64,000 bases of DNA from Raillietiella orientalis (lineage: Eukaryota). The stretch covers positions 4,216,001 to 4,280,000 of the forward strand of contig JAYWIR010000008.1 of NCBI GenBank assembly GCA_036172245.1, read 5' to 3'. Position numbers and translations under genes: made by a program. The notes beneath the pieces were generated by a model. That model was not told the origin of the DNA, did not search any database, and was given only the letters and a program-made list of their open reading frames with translations. Below are positions 46,166 to 60,510 of this stretch, piece after piece. How positions within the stretch are numbered: the stretch's first letter is position 1; each line of letters starts with the position of its first letter.

Positions 46166-49100
46166 CCGCCTCCCGACGGGACCGCTTGCCTTTCCCTGTC
46201 GAGTCTCGGGATCCAGGAGAGGGGAAAGAAAGATCAAAGTCATGGGAGCATGAACCTGCCGAGTCTCAGTCGCACCAGTTTCGCGACCGTCTTCCTTTTC
46301 TCCTCCCCCCACCGTCAGTTGCTGTCCGCTGATTTGTGGTTCTTGAGCAACCGGCGGCTGGAAATACCGCGCGGCTCCCTGCAGCCCCATCCATGAGGCT
46401 TCTCTCGGTAATCCATGTGGATGCTCCGCTTTCTTTCCCGGAAGTGCAAACGAGGGGGAGGGTCGGGAGCCGGTTTCCACTTCGACGACAGAAAGACCTC
46501 GGCGCCAACGGAGTCAGCAGCGGGAGGGTTTCCAGTCTGGCTGGAATGCAAGACTTCAGCTGCTGCTGCGGGTGGAACCTGCTTCTTGGAGAAGAGGCTT
46601 TGCGGATCTTATCGCTTCCAGCCGGAGGAGTCCGCTTTACATGTGAACCAAGATAAGAATCCCCTGACGTTTATGCTCCCGCTGGGAGAGTAGGTCACGA
46701 CGGTCCTTTTCCGCTGGATCTTGCGCTTTCCTGGACACTTCCAAGACGAAGACTGGACTTCGCGACGACCCTTTTCCGCTGGAAGGGGAGCTCTCCGGCA
46801 GCACCGCCGAGATTCGTCCGTCCGGGTGGAAGGGCGATAAGATCCGCAAAGCCGTGCCTGCCCACCCACTTCCGGAACGGGATCCCAGGAGACTCGAAGG
46901 GGACCTCGAGCTCTGCAAGAAGCGGTGCTCCGGCAGCAATCAGCGGATGCGAGCGAGCGAGCGCGGCAGGTCCACGGGGAGTAGCTGCCGGCGTTGCCGC
47001 CGGTCCAGCGCCGGCCTTCTCTCGCGCTTCTTCGCCCGTCCCGCCACCCGGGCGGCGGCTCCGGCACAAGCAGACTCGGGGAGTGACGGAGGCAGGCAGC
47101 TCTTGTACGGGGGATCGCAGGACGTCTCGAATCGGAGGACGAGGGGCTGAGTGGCGTCTGCCAGCGAGTCGGGAGGAGCAATTTCGTTTCTCGTGAGGGC
47201 GAGCCGCCGCGGCGGCAGCGCGAAATGGGTCCTAAAGGTCTCCACCTCTGCGGCTCGTGAGCAGCAGAGGAGACAAGGAAGTCGGGCGGCAGGCATTGGA
47301 AGCGCGAAGGGTTGCGCTGCGTTCCCTGTTGTGCCGGAAAGGGCGGTGCCAGGAAGAGACCAGAAGGATTCCCGTTCCAAGGGTCACCTCCATGGGCAGC
47401 CATGAGCTCTCCATGGACGGCAGTCCACGAGGAGGAACGCGCTCTCGCAGGGTGCTGCTGCTCCGGAGAAACCGCCCTGCAGTCTCTTCTGCTGGTCGGC
47501 GGACAGACCCAGTTCGGCAGACACGAGCGGGAGGGTCGCGTCGAGCCCGAAGGCAGGAGCTCATGAGGGGCTGGCCTGATGCGCGCCGGTTCCTTCCTCC
47601 CAGTTTTCTCAAGGGTGGGTTCCCGCGGTTGCCTTCGCGACCTCCGGGAAAGCGGGGACGGTTTTCCGCCGTGGGTGCTTGCGGGAGCACCCTTCCTCTC
47701 GGAACGGAAGCCTCTCGAAACGCGAGGGGAAAGGAGAGGGGGAACGCTGCTGCTTCACGAATCCCTGGCGGTTCGTGAGGCCGGGAACGTCGCCGACTCT
47801 CTCGCAATTGTGCGATCCCTCGATTCGCGAGGAGGGGGCGCGAGTGGCGTTCCTCCCGAAAGGGGGAATCTCCAGCTGACTCTAGGCACTCGCGAAAATT
47901 CGAGAGGGAGTGGAATGAGGGAGGTGTAGCCGCAAATGGAAAGGGGAGCCGACCACGCAGAGTGCGTGGTTGCAGTCGGCAGCGAACATTCCTCCCGTGT
48001 TCATGACGTCATTTCAAAGGCGATGATTCTGTAGGGCGGCGCAAGAGACCTCCGGTTCCAAGGCCAAAACAGCGAAACCGCATTTTTCAACAGGAAAAAC
48101 AAGAAGTGGACGGAAAGAGGAAGAAAAAGAACCACTTTCTCTGTTCCTTTTCTGTACGAGAAGGGCTCAACCAACCGACTTTGCCCTGGGCTCTGAAAAG
48201 GCACGTCTCTCTTTGAGCCATTCATCATATTTAAGGCCCTGTGAAAGCGTCTTTCGTCTTCGGTTCGGCGCAATCTGCCGGAACCGCCGAGCTTCGCGGA
48301 CTCTTGCGGGAGCCCAGGTCCCAGAGCATCAGTGCACGCAGGAGCCTCCCCCTCCTCCTCCAAAGCTGAGTTGGGTCCTCTTCTCAGAGGGAGCAGGAGA
48401 GGGGACGAGGAGGGGGAGGAGTCCCGCATACGCTGACCCTGCATTTCAAGCCTCCTCCAAAGAGCCAAGTTGATCCCCTGCAACGTGGGCGTCCCTACCC
48501 TCCCCCTCTCTTCTTTACCCCGGGTTGCAGCCTCCCTTCGCAAGTGCGCGCGCGATCCGGCCTGTCGCTGCATCTCAAGCGTCTGGAGGAACGCGCGCCG
48601 GCATCGTCTGAGGGTTCAGCTCAACGAGAGCATCCAGTGGCAGCCACCTCCGCGGGAGACGCCTGCTCCCGCGACCCACTCTCTTGCTCCCGTGGCGTGC
48701 GGTCGGCTCCTCGTGCAGAACTTCCTCCTCAAAGAAGCAGAAGCAAAGCGAAAGAAGAAAACAAAAGATGCAAACGAGTTCCTGGTCTCCTGAGTGTGCC
48801 TGCATCTCCCCTTCGCTGGTTACCATGGTGTCCACATGTTAGGCATCAGTGGCAGGTGCGCTTCGCTGTGCCTCCCATACCCCAGGAGGAAAGAGCAGCC
48901 TGACTACATCATAACTGTCAAGGACATATGGGGACATGGACCAATGGGACACCACGGTACCCAAGCGGCCTTGTTGACTCAATTCCTCACCCCCTGACAG
49001 CGCTGGTAACGTGCAGGTTTTCCCCGCAGAAGAGAGCACACAAAGAAGGAAACAAGAAAAATGGAGGGGAGATGGGGAGGAGAGAACAAAAGACCGAGAG

Positions 49101-52100
49101 ATTCCAAAGGACCGGCGTCATGGACATGGAATCGCCGATGAACCAGCAGCCGCTTTCCGTCGAGGAGCTCAGAGAGGTCCCTCGAAGCCGCTCACGAGGC
49201 CCGCAGAGAGGGGGAGAAGGAGGGAGGAAGTCGGGGGAGTTTCTCTACCCGGAGATTCCGTGAGACCCTCTCGGACGCCATTTTCGCGCGATTATTCCCG
49301 GATGTTCCGGGAAGGACGTTCGCTCTCTGCCGGCCCCCTGCTGCGCGGAGGCCAAGGAGGCGGCAGCTGTCGGGCTAAGGAGCTCGCGTCCGCGACGAGG
49401 AATGTTCCGTCTTCTCCTCCGGTGGAGGAGGATCATGTTATCTCGCATCTCGAGCTCGGAGACTCATCCCGAGCCGGAACTGTGCGGTCCGGCCTCCTCC
49501 TCCTTCTTCTCTTAACTCCTCCTCCCTCCTCCTCCTCGGAGCTTCTCAGGGCTGTTCCGTCAGCGCGGTGCGACTCGTCCTCGTCATGCCCGCAGGTCTT
49601 TTTTCACACTCGGCAGCCGTTCGGCCGGGTCTTCGCCTTTGCGTGCACCGTGGCAGCTCCGCTCCCCCTCCTCTCCCCCCCGGGCCCCGCCACACCCGCG
49701 CGCGTGCGCGTGTGCATCCTGCAGCGCGCGTAGTCGTTTCGCTCGCTGGAGCCGTTCATCCAAAGACTCGCCACAGCAGCCCTCTCGCCCCCTCCACGTT
49801 AGGGAATTTCTTCCGAACGAGTGCCGGCTCGGACATCCCTGCAGCCCACTCGGATGCGTCGGTCCCGGGTAGGCGGGGGCAGGGCAAGTGCATCGTCGCA
49901 GCCGGCTATGCCTCAACCAGTTCCCAGCGACTTCCCCCTCCTCCAGAGATCATCCTCTTAGAGAGAAGAAGACAGCGTGACCTGATGACCTGCACTCGCC
50001 TCAAGCAGCCGATGGCCGGTACCGTGGTGCCCATGGTGAGGACCACCTGCTCTTGGCCGACGAGGAAAACGTTCCACTCACGACTCGACATTAGAGGGTA
50101 TTATGTTAAGGAAGCTGTCTCTTCTCAGAAGAAAGACTCGGTTGCATAGCTACGAGGATACAGGCAGGTAGGATGAAAGAACAGGAAGTATCTGTAAAAA
50201 AAAAAAAAAAAGCCACAGCTTCGGGGGCAGAGGACGAGCCCCTGGCCGGAGCACCGCATGCCCCTCTACTCAGCAGAGCGCGCTCAGATTCGCCGGCCCT
50301 CCCATGCGCCAATGTCTCACGCCAAAGGCCATCTCATTCCTTTGCGTGCAAAGAGAAGTGAGGTGAGGGTGCGTTGAGCGTGCCTGAATGGCAGAGTGTG
50401 AGGTACGCTCCGTTATCTCTTGCTCAGCCTCCAAGATCTTTCTGCAGCCTCATGCTGGTTGCTTGAGCGGAGTTCCGAGATTACTCACTACGCGACCGTA
50501 GGGTTTCCGTACTGAGGGCAGGGACCCGTCGATCGGCCGTGCCTTGGTCTTGTGGGTGCTTCACGTGCCGGCTGACCTTCTCCTTAGGACAATGATCCCC
50601 TATGTGATTACCCCACACGTAAGCTGACCTCTCCAGGAAAGGGCTGCTCCGTTTTCGACAGCGGACAGTCCAGAGGAGGAAGCGGGACTTCCTCCCCAAA
50701 GGTACGTCTGCGCGCCGACCGATGACGTCATCGCCACGCTGCCGCTGTCGCCTGCATTTCAGCAGAGGAGTGCCGTGTCCTCCCTCGCGCAGGTGGCGTC
50801 TGACGCGCCTGCGGATTGCTGAGAAGAATCTCCACCCCGTACCGCTACCGGTTCCGGAGCGCTCCTCTGGGGAGCCCTTTGAGGAACCAACCCTCCGGGA
50901 GAGCGCCTCTCGAAGTGTCCTCTTTTCGCGCTCGGCGTTGCCGAGCGACGGACCTCGTCGCGCGCGTGCGCACGCCACCACCGAGTAGCACCAGAAGCAG
51001 CAGCTACCACTGGTAAAAGAGAGGCGGCGGCGGTCGCGGCCGATCCAACCCATCCCCCGTGGCACCGGCGAGAGGCGCGGCGAAGGCCTCTCTGGAGGAC
51101 GCGGCGTTCCAAATTCTTGGGGAAGTTTCCAGGTGTCACCCGCCGCGCCCAAAGAGCGCGCGTGCGCGCACGGAGGAGGAAAGAGCGCGCTGGAAGCGAG
51201 CGTAAAAAGCAGAATCCTCATCCATCTGAAGCCGCTCATTACTCTCCAAGGCTGAATCCCTCCTTCATGACTCATCTGCACTGCCGGGTTCCGCATCCTC
51301 GGCGCCGGTTGCCTCTGGCAACCGCGAGGGGAGGACACTGGCAGCCGCAGCAGCGGCGGCGGCCATCTGAGGACTGACCGCCTCCCCCAAAGCGCCGCGA
51401 ACCGAGGGTGGTCGTCATCGACCGCCGGCGCCCATCGACTGCCCGCGAACCTCCGTCTTCCATTTCTGCTTCCCCACTGGGCCGTCGCCGGAGGACCGGG
51501 TTCTCTTGAGGACGTCCTGTTCGCTCCAATAGGGACTCGCTACTTGGAGACGGCCCCTGGACTGTTGCAACCGCAGGGGATGGACACACGAGCTGAGAAA
51601 CATGCAGGGAGGAGGGCTACAAGGACTCACCAAGAAAGGGGAACAAGAGGGAAACTTGAGACTTCGAGGATAGGAGTCGACTCCCGAAGGCGGGGTGGCG
51701 TCCCGTCTCTTCTCTGCACCAGGCAAAGGGGGAGATGAAAAGGAGGTGGCAGGAGGAATGAAGCAGGTGGAGGCCGTATGGGGGGATCCCTCCTGGAGGA
51801 ATTGGGAAACGGAGGTGGTTCCGAAGCACCGTCAGAAAGCGTCAAGCCGGGATGAACCCTGGAGCTCTCTCTCGTCCGAAAGATGGAAAAAGAGAGGAAT
51901 GATGGAAGCTGTGAGCTGGTGCAGATTCGAGCGCCATACATCCGCGCCGGTCTCTGCTTGGAAACGGCGCATGAGGATGCTGCGAGAGCTGCGTTCTGTT
52001 TCAGTCGGAGGTCCTTTGGCTGGAGGGAGGGGGTCCTCTCTGACAAACTGCATTCATCTACCGCGTTGCTGTGGGACGGTTCGCTCACTCCAAGGATGCG

Positions 52101-52769
52101 CTTCGGTACGCCTCCTTTTGGAAACTTGGAAAACGGAACGGAAGCGGTTAGGGAGATCCTTGCATCTTTTTCCAGTAGGGCGCAGAGTAGTGACAGTTCC
52201 GTTCTGATGGAAACCGTTCGTCGGTGACTTTCTGAAGAGAAGGACGCCACCGTGGAGACGGGTCATCGGACATGTCACCCCATGAAACCGAGGCCAAGTT
52301 CACGGAAAGCTAGGGTTTCAGCAACCTTCAAGCTCTTCTTCCTTGTGAAGTGGACCATGGAGTGGAACCCCCTCCTCTTCCTTCCTTTCGCGAACAGCAC
52401 TTCCGCTTCCCTATTTCCTAGCTGCCATGAGATCGATTCTGGCTTCGTTCCACGGCGGAGGGGGAGAAGAGGCTGCTCCGTCGCGCCGGTTGCTAAGGGC
52501 GCTCTCTAAGGCTGACTTTCCCTTCGGAGAGGCAGCCTGCGCTTCGCGCGAGCGGCGCTTTCCGATGCAAATGAAGGAGAGCCCGCCCGAATTAACGAGG
52601 CGGAGCCTTTGACCTGCGTCCGAAGGCCGATAGGGGAATGCCTGGCACCCCTGCGCGCTCCTCCTTCGCAGAGATCGCGAGCCGTCGCGAGGGAGAAGAA
52701 GAAACCGAGTCTCAAGGTTGCCCCATTATCACCCTCCAAGGGACTCCGCCGGACTCCCAGGCCGCCAGG

Positions 52770-53480
52770 AGCTCTGAAGGCAGTTGCAGCAACAACAGCG
52801 CAGCGGAATCAGCCGGGAAAGCCGGAGATAGCAGCAGCAGTGGTACCAGCAGCGGCGCGAGCACAGCAAAGGTAGAAACAGCGGCATGAAAACAGCACTG
52901 TGTCACGCAGTAGAGACAACAGTTTTGAAACTGGCCATAAAGCAGCGAGCACAGTGGCAGCAGAGCAGGTGGTGACAGCAGGAGACAACGTGACTGGTTA
53001 CGAGACGACAACAACAACAAGAGGTAGTAGTAGAAGCAGTGATATTATTAATAATGCTGTACGCAGAAGTAGCAGCAGTATCTGAAGATAAATGAGAAAG
53101 ATTCCACTCTATTAGAAATAGAAGTAGCAATCAAAGCAAAGCAAAAATCTCAGCGGCGTGGGCAATGATGGATGACAGCAACGCTCACGTGTCACCAGTA
53201 GTGATCGTCATCGTGCCAACGGGGATAGGTGCGAGGAGTAACACCCGTCACCATATCCGTAGTAATGGGCGGCGCCAGTGGCACGGGGATCCTCATGCCA
53301 GTAGGGGGTGCCATCGCTACTGCGATTGCCCCTCCTACTGGCATGAGGAGGGTCATACTGGCGGCGATGCCAAACGCTACTGGGCGCGCGGTTGTGATGG
53401 AGTTGTTTCCAGAGATGGCAATGAAGGCAGCAGCCCCTGAGGTTATTGCGAAAGTCTAACAAATCGCAGGGAGTAATGAT
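52770..53480. repeat. Decayed trinucleotide microsatellite / low-complexity tract (GCA/ACA/GTA then GAT/AGT)
   Basis: Runs such as gcagcagcag, acaacaacaa, gtagtagtag, agcagcagta with 3-nt periodicity; no coherent ORF. Confidence 0.65.
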
Positions 53481-55959
53481 GGGCAGATGGACCCGTCAGG
53501 CTCCTTCTCATCGAGTGCGAGCCCAAGGAGTGAGGGTGCCAGAGCGTTTGCAGGCGCGCTCGCTCAGCTGGAGTGCTGGAGGCTTTCTCTGGAGGTGTTT
53601 GGTCGCGGGACAGTGAGGGGCACGGAAAGAGAAGACGGTGATGGCTCTCGCGACCCTTTCCTCCTCCTTCTTCAGTCGGGAGTCTCTCCAGTCGCCCATC
53701 CTCCCTCGGTTCCTACTCAGCTATTCCCCTCTGCGTACCCATGTCCTCCTATTTATCGCCTCCTTCCAGCCTTATCCCAGCCTGCAGCGAATGGACGCAC
53801 CTGCGAGAAGTACCTCGTTGTCCCGTTTGATCCCTACAGTAGAGGGCGGTCCTTTGGAATCCTGCTCTCGTGCGGGATTCCATAATGCAGAGTCTATAAT
53901 TAAGACTCAGGATGTTCTCCTTTTCATCCTCGAGGGTCTCCCGGAAGGTAGAGGACTGTCTGTGATGCTTCCGGAGAGCCAGGATGAAGAAGGAGAACGG
54001 GTGGTGGTGGGTGGCGGAAGACATGCTGATCCTGGCAGCATCTTTAAGAAGAACGAACCGCGACAGGATGACCCAGCCGGACGCTCCAGTAAGGGCTTTA
54101 TGGGTGGCAGTGGTTCAAGAAGAATGGAAAGCAGGAGATGAGAAGTGGGGGTAGGTTTGAGAGCGGGGAGGCTGCTGCACTCTTCTGAGCGTCTGACTCT
54201 TTGGGTGGGTGGTGGCGGCAGCGACGGCTCCCACGATCCGTCTTCCCACGCGTCAGCTTCCCACGCGCAGCCCGAAGAAGGCCAGCGTGGGTGCATTGGT
54301 ACATCATCTACCAGAGGCAGCAGCCAAACCTAATGGATCCAGGACCGTGCTGCACCATCGCTATCTTGGAAATGCCAGAAGGAAGGAAGGAGGGGAATAC
54401 CGGCTCCCGGTTTCCTGGGCATTTCCTGGATCATGCTTCAAGGTCCCTCAGCCTTGGCTTCTTTGACGCTGCGATCGGGGTTCGATCTCTGTCGGCCAAC
54501 GGCCCCTTGAAAGGATATAAGTCGGAAAGGAAGATCCAGGCCAGATGTTTTCGAGAGTCTTTCGGCGATCAAACACGGCACACTTCTTTCCTCTCCTATC
54601 GTTGCCAGGAAACGAGAGGATGCATCTGTAGGGAGACAAAGGAAGAACTGCTGATCTTCAGAGGAGGAGAATGGAGCAGTTTCCACCGAGGGAATGGCTC
54701 TCACCCACTGCCTTCTGTCGATCCTGCGTAAGTGTAGGTATCGTGGGTGACCTTGGGCCAGGATTGGGTTTAGAGGCGACCTAGACGCACATCCCTGCCT
54801 GTGACACCGAGCATAGCCTGCTTCTTGGTGGTGAAGATAAGCTTAATTCCCTTTCCCCGTTGCGGACTGATGCTGCCACGGCAACGCATGTCTCTCTGGT
54901 AATATCGGGAGGACCTCGAAAGAGTGAGAAGCAATCTTCTTCTCAGTCAGGATAGGTTCCTCCTCTTCTTCTACGATCAGTTTTCCCTGAAGCGCGCACA
55001 ATCCGGGACGCAGACACGACCACGTTGTGCGAATCACCGGCCTCGTTCCCTCCTGAGCTTCCCGAAGCTGTATCACACCTCACTCACGGGTATCGGCCGG
55101 GACATCTCCGTCCATCTCTTCCATGTCCTCCAAGCCCAGTGCGGAGTCCAATTCCGAGCCGCGATCTCTTGCTAAACCCAGAAGAGGCGAGGTCCCCTAC
55201 GATGCGGCCACATCACTGCATCCGAGGGGACCCTGAGGCAGTTGGCTCGCCCCGCCCCAGAGGCAGAAAACTTGCCGATAGTCGTCATCGCGGGCACTGT
55301 TCCAGATGCAAACAAAGAAGAAGGTCGGGAATGCCATTGTCGAAGGCGACCCTCTGGTTCGAAAATGGACGCAGGGAAGAGCATCTTGCCCGGAGGTAGC
55401 AGCAATCAGGTCGCCGTGTTTCTTGCAAGTATTCAACATTCAGTGAGCAAAACAGAATCCTGGGCTTTTCCGGAGGAAACTCGGGTTTCGAAGGTTAGGA
55501 TTCCTTTCCGCAGCCTCCACGCTTCCTGTGATCACGGAACTTATGCTGAGTTCTCTCCCACAAGACTTCTCCAATCCAGTCTTCGTAGCTCGCGGTTGCC
55601 TATCCGGATTCCTCTTTCCCCTGACCTTGAGACGCTCTCGGCCCGATTCGCGGAGGTTCCGCGACGGCGACATAGAAGGCAGTTTTCCGGTTTCTCACCC
55701 TTGCAGGTCTTCAGTCAAAGATGGCCAATTTTAGTTCAGCTGTCGCCTCCAAAAGGGTGTTGCGAATTGAGAACGGAGAGAGGCTAATCCGTGCAGACTA
55801 CCTTCCCCTCATCCGAAGGCGCGCTGCGAAAGCTTGGAGGGTCGCCCCACCTGCTCACAGATACAGTGGTTGCTATCCGAGGTTACCGGCGTCGCCACCG
55901 GTGGGCGGGTGACTCTGAACGGCTACGAGCACATGATACAGTTGCTAGTATGGTGGTTT

Positions 55960-56400
55960 GCCACCTTGACTCTGGCACGATCTAATCTCCTGTGGCTACG
56001 GAGAGGCTGTCCATACGCATGGCCGAGGAGACTCGTGGCTACGGGGCTCAGCTCGTGCAAGAGTCCTGGATGTTTCCGGAAAAGGTGTTGGATGCAGAGG
56101 TGATTTCCTTTCCACAGCCTCTAAGCTTCCTAAGATCACGGAAGTCATTCTAATGCTGGCATGCGTATGGGCAGGACATGCTTTCGCTCTTTTCCTTTGG
56201 GGAACGCAGGCGTCTCTCATACTCACCGCACGCGACAGGGACTTCAACCCTATCTTCCCTTCAAAGAGGAGAGAAGCAAGAGATCTTCCCCCCACCTCCC
56301 CTTTCATTTCAGATTTCCTTTGGTCTGGAAGGCCGTTCCGCGAAGCGAAGCATCGGCTTCACTACATGGGATGGCCTTCAGCTCCGCTTAGGCTGAAGAA
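55960..56400 (+). mobile_element. Decayed LINE APE-endonuclease N-terminal fragment
   Basis: Plus-strand remnants ATERLSIRMAEE...LVQESW (like AT..L...M.E..IALIQEPW), LACVW (like PRACI) and EAKH..TW (like DANAHH..WG). Confidence 0.4.
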
Positions 56401-56764
56401 AGAACAGGAATCCTGGGAGGAGGGCGCTTTGGGTGCCAGGCAGCAAAGCTTCGTACGACGCAGCACGGGGACCCTTGCCGTTGCCGCTGCAGGCTGCATG
56501 ACGGGCAGTCCCGATTTCGAGTGGGTCGCAGCGGTCCTCAGGAAGGGAAGCGGAAGGGAGGAGGAGAGGGTGCAGTCATCGTCATGGCGATGATCACGAT
56601 GATGATGACGATGAGGAGAAAGAGGAAGGAAACGGTCAGATGGCAGCAGCAGCAGTTGGAGCGTTCAGCACAGTCGTAAGCAGCAATGGCAGCCAACAAG
56701 TCCCGGGGTTTTCTTCTTCCTCTAATGTCGCTGCTTACCTTCCATTTTCTTTTTTTTCGGATTT

Positions 56765-57510
56765 TCTTTCTTTTGGTGCTCAAGGAGTGCTGAAGAATCA
56801 TTCGCTTCCCTAGGGGGGTGGAAGTCACAAAGCTCTTTAGCACTGTCCACTCAACCCGAGGATGCGTGTAACTCTTCAAGTTAGGGGATACTCTGGGAGG
56901 AGACCATCCTGTGCATCCAGGAAGGCTCCGAGGATGGAGTCCGTTCCTCTTACGCGCGGCAGGGGACCCCCGAAGAGAACTTTCTCCCTCGTTGTTCCCG
57001 AAGGGAAACCTCTTCCTTATTATCATCGAAAGGACCCCACCGGAAGGGGGGAGGAACTCCTCGTTCCTTCTACGGAAGGACCTTCCGGAAAGGATCCTCT
57101 CCTGGAATTTCTTCTCCGGAGGCCATCCGCAAGGGTGCTGCTCCTTGTTGGTGCTCCGCTGAAGAAAACCCGAAGGGACGCTACCCAATTTTTATGAAGG
57201 GCGCTCATCGAAGGGAGCAGCGCCCTTATCCACATTCTGGGGCGGTATCGATCCACCAGCTCCTGGAAGGTTCTCACTGGTTTCTGGAAGGACTCCGGAG
57301 GGTCAACTTCCAATCCCGCCCAGTCATAGGGGGCATCCGGTTCCCACCGGTGCCGCACCTGAAGCCAACCGAGGCCAACAGGCGTCATTTCACAGGGGAG
57401 AATCGAAACTCGCGACGCACCCACGATTTCTAGGAGTTGATCCTCCACGTCGGGGTTCAAACCCGCGACGCTTGGTGCCAGATGGCCGTCAACGCGGGCA
57501 ACCGCCGAGC
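56765..57510 (-). mobile_element. SINE-like family copy, diverged, with degenerate tRNA head
   Basis: The reverse complement reads GCGGGTTTGAACCCCG (B-box-like), then TTGGCCTCGGTTGGCTT, GGATTGGAAGTTGACCCTCCGGAGTCCTTCCAG and GTAAGAGGAACGG, ending in an A-rich tail. The block order matches 45355-46165. Confidence 0.72.
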
Positions 57511-60510
57511 GACGCTCGGCATGGAGATGCAGCCGGCGGACCCTGCTTCTCTCCGTGCGAGAACCAGGGATCCGTTGGGGCACAAATGCGTGATCCTGTG
57601 CGCTCCCGTAGTTCCTCCTTTCCAAACTTTTCGTTTCTGGAACCCTTCTGGTCCACACACCAGCACTGTTCCAGGAGTCTGAACGGCCCGCGAAATCCCT
57701 GCTTGTCCTCCGGAACAGGAGGCGCGCATGAATCCCGAAGTTTCTCCCTCCAGGAAATTTTCTGGGAAGCAGCCGTGGGTTCTTCGCCGCTTCCCTGTCC
57801 CTGTCCCTGCAGGACACGCGAGACGGCGTGGAAAGAGCGTAAGTTTCCTTCCCTGGGGCGCGAGCGGGTGCGAAGACGCGTTCCAGGGGAGAGCTGCTCA
57901 GCGAGCTCCGACGGTCGGGGCCCGCATCCGCTGCTGCTGCCAGATATCGCCGCCGGGCTCTCGTGCCGATGGCGCTCCCAACGCCCTCCGAAGCGCGTGG
58001 CCGCCCCTTCCAGAGTGCCACTGGGGGAAGGGGGAGGGGGAAGTCAGTCCTTCCCTTACTCAGATCCCCTCCATTCCTCTACTTTATTACCACTGGTCCT
58101 ATTGGGACGCCTTTCCGAACCCTCAGGGGTCCCGTGGCCTCGCCTCTATGCCATGACCAAGGACGCCCCAGGGAGATGAGGACAGCGGAAGGAGCAGGGC
58201 GGTCACTCCCTTCCCTTCCTCTCGTTCTCGGCAGTCGCGGCGGTGTCCGCCTGTCCCGCCCTCCCTGGTAAACTCATTTCGTTCCTCTCCCCCACGTCGG
58301 TCTGGGTCCCTTCCCGTTCCCTCCCACGTGGGCTCCTGGGAAATACGAAGCTACACCACTGCGAGTGCGCACTCGCGCGCGCCAGCTCAGGAAGCGGATG
58401 TATTCCCGCTCAGGACTCTTTTCGTCCCTTCTCCCCCTCTCTTCCCTTTTCTCTCCCTGGAAGAACGAGAGGCCCCGGTTGACTCCAGCGGGTGCTCCTT
58501 TCCAAACCCGATTACCGGTCCATCCAAGGGGCATCCACTGCTCACGGGAAGGTCGACGCGAGCGAGACTGCGGTGGTCTCCTTCGGGCGAGCCGGTTCCC
58601 GCGGAGGCACCGCGGTGGCACCAAGGGCATTAAAAGGAGGCTCCAGGATGAAGCGCTGGAGAAGCAGGGCGGCGGCGATCTCGAGACGAGAGCGAGACAG
58701 AGAGGGAAGGGCGGTAGAGGCGGAGGGTGGGACGGACGTCTCCGCCGCGTCCGTCCGTCTTCCTTCCCCTCCCCCTCCTCCTCATCGCCAGAAAAAAAGA
58801 AAGAGGAGGAAGGAGCTCGCGAGCGCGAACGCTCGTGGGAGCTGCCGCCGGGGCTCTCGGGTTTTCTGCTCGCGGTGGCGGCGTGCGCAGCCCGCGTTGG
58901 GTCACCTCCCTCTCTCGCCTGCACCCTTGCAGTCGGACGTGCCGCTGGACCACTCCTTCCTAAGCCCTGCATATCTGCTTCCTTCGCGTCTGCAAAGGTC
59001 GGAGGTCCACTCGCTCCGGGAAGTGAAATCGCGCTCACGTGGATCACCTGGGGAAGTTGTGATGGTGGCAGCTACCGCGCAAGAAGGCTCCAGGGCAACT
59101 GCCGGCGTGCTCGGAGGCGTCTATTCCCGCCGAAACAAGAGATGGGCCGCTGAGGGTGGGGAAGGAAACTCTGATCGAGGATTAACTGAGTCCGGGTCCT
59201 CATCTCTCCTTGTTTGCCTCGGGCAACCTGTGGGCTTGCCTCAGGACGAAGGAGGCTGCAGTGGACCAAAAGAGCCTTCGCTTCTCCGCTGATGCACGGC
59301 CGGGAGCCTCTTTGCCGCTTCCACGAGAGAGGAGAAGATCCGGCAGTCGCGCTCATCACGGACGGTCGGGTACAGAGTATGGAGACTCGGAGATTTCATC
59401 TTCGATCTCGCGTCGCCGCTCTCCCTTGCAGGTTCCGCGGTTCCAAACTGGACTAGGCGGATGCATCGTGGAGCTGCGACTCGGCATCCTCCGATTGCAT
59501 CTTTCGATTTTTTTTTTGTCTTTGCTTTTTTTCGTTCACCTCAGGAAGGCGCCCTTCGATATCCCTAGAGGGAGGAGAGCGCGTTTGGCGACAAAAGTCA
59601 AACTGGAGCGACATCTGAGCGAGAGATCCATCGATTGGCAGAGAGATGGGAATCTTCCCGGATTTTCATCGTAAGCTTGTTTTTCCGGAGCTTCGGGGAG
59701 GCGAGAGCAAGCGAAAGGGTTCCCTGATTCTTACCCTCCCTCATTCCCTAGGCAAGAATAAAACGCGCCAGAGTCACCCGATCTGCGATCGCCCCAGGCC
59801 CGGCGTCTATGAAAAGTCTGTGCGCGATGCTCCCCGAAGATGGCCGCTCTCCAGCTATAGCCTTCTCTGTCCCCGCTCACGCATCCCAAGGCAAAAAGAA
59901 AAAACCTTCCGTCGAGGGACTGAATCAGAAGGGGCCCGCGATGACAAGCGGGCCGGGCCAGAAACCGACCACGCAGACGACGACGCCTCCGCTGACCGGA
60001 TCGACACGCACTCCACGCGCGCATCAGAGGAAGCCCGTTCGCATCTGAAGGAATCGCCCCATCTCGACGACCCCCATGGCCGGTCTGCTGCAGACGCTTG
60101 CTGGATTAGTGGACCACCTTCGTGGTGGGAAGGGAGAGAGACGCAGAACCGGTTAGCCAAAGTCCGGTACACCAAAGCGTGGGTGCTTGCTCCCTCGCTG
60201 TGGAGACGCGTGATGGGACGGCGTGGCACTCAGAAAGGGACCGGAAGAACTCCAAAGGAAGGGACCAAGGCCGTGCCCTTCCAACTTCCCGGGAAGCAAG
60301 CAAAGAAGGTGAGGAATCCCCGATACGGATTTCCCGCTTCTGCTTGCTGCCCTTCGGGCTTAACTGGCACGAGACCCGCTCCACGCGAGTTTCTGCTTTC
60401 CTGAAAACATGCCCCGGGACCGATCCATTGTCCTCTCCTCCTGCTCAGCGTGTGTCGTCCAGACAAGATAAAAAGCCATCCGCGCTGGCATCTGTGTGGT
60501 TGCAACCTCC

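Noticed and set aside
60147..60154. Grainy head consensus AACCGGTT, and CRE palindromes TGACGTCA at 48004 and 50723
   Set aside because: Biologically tempting for cuticle genes, but single 8-mers are expected by chance in 64 kb and there is no clustering or conservation evidence.
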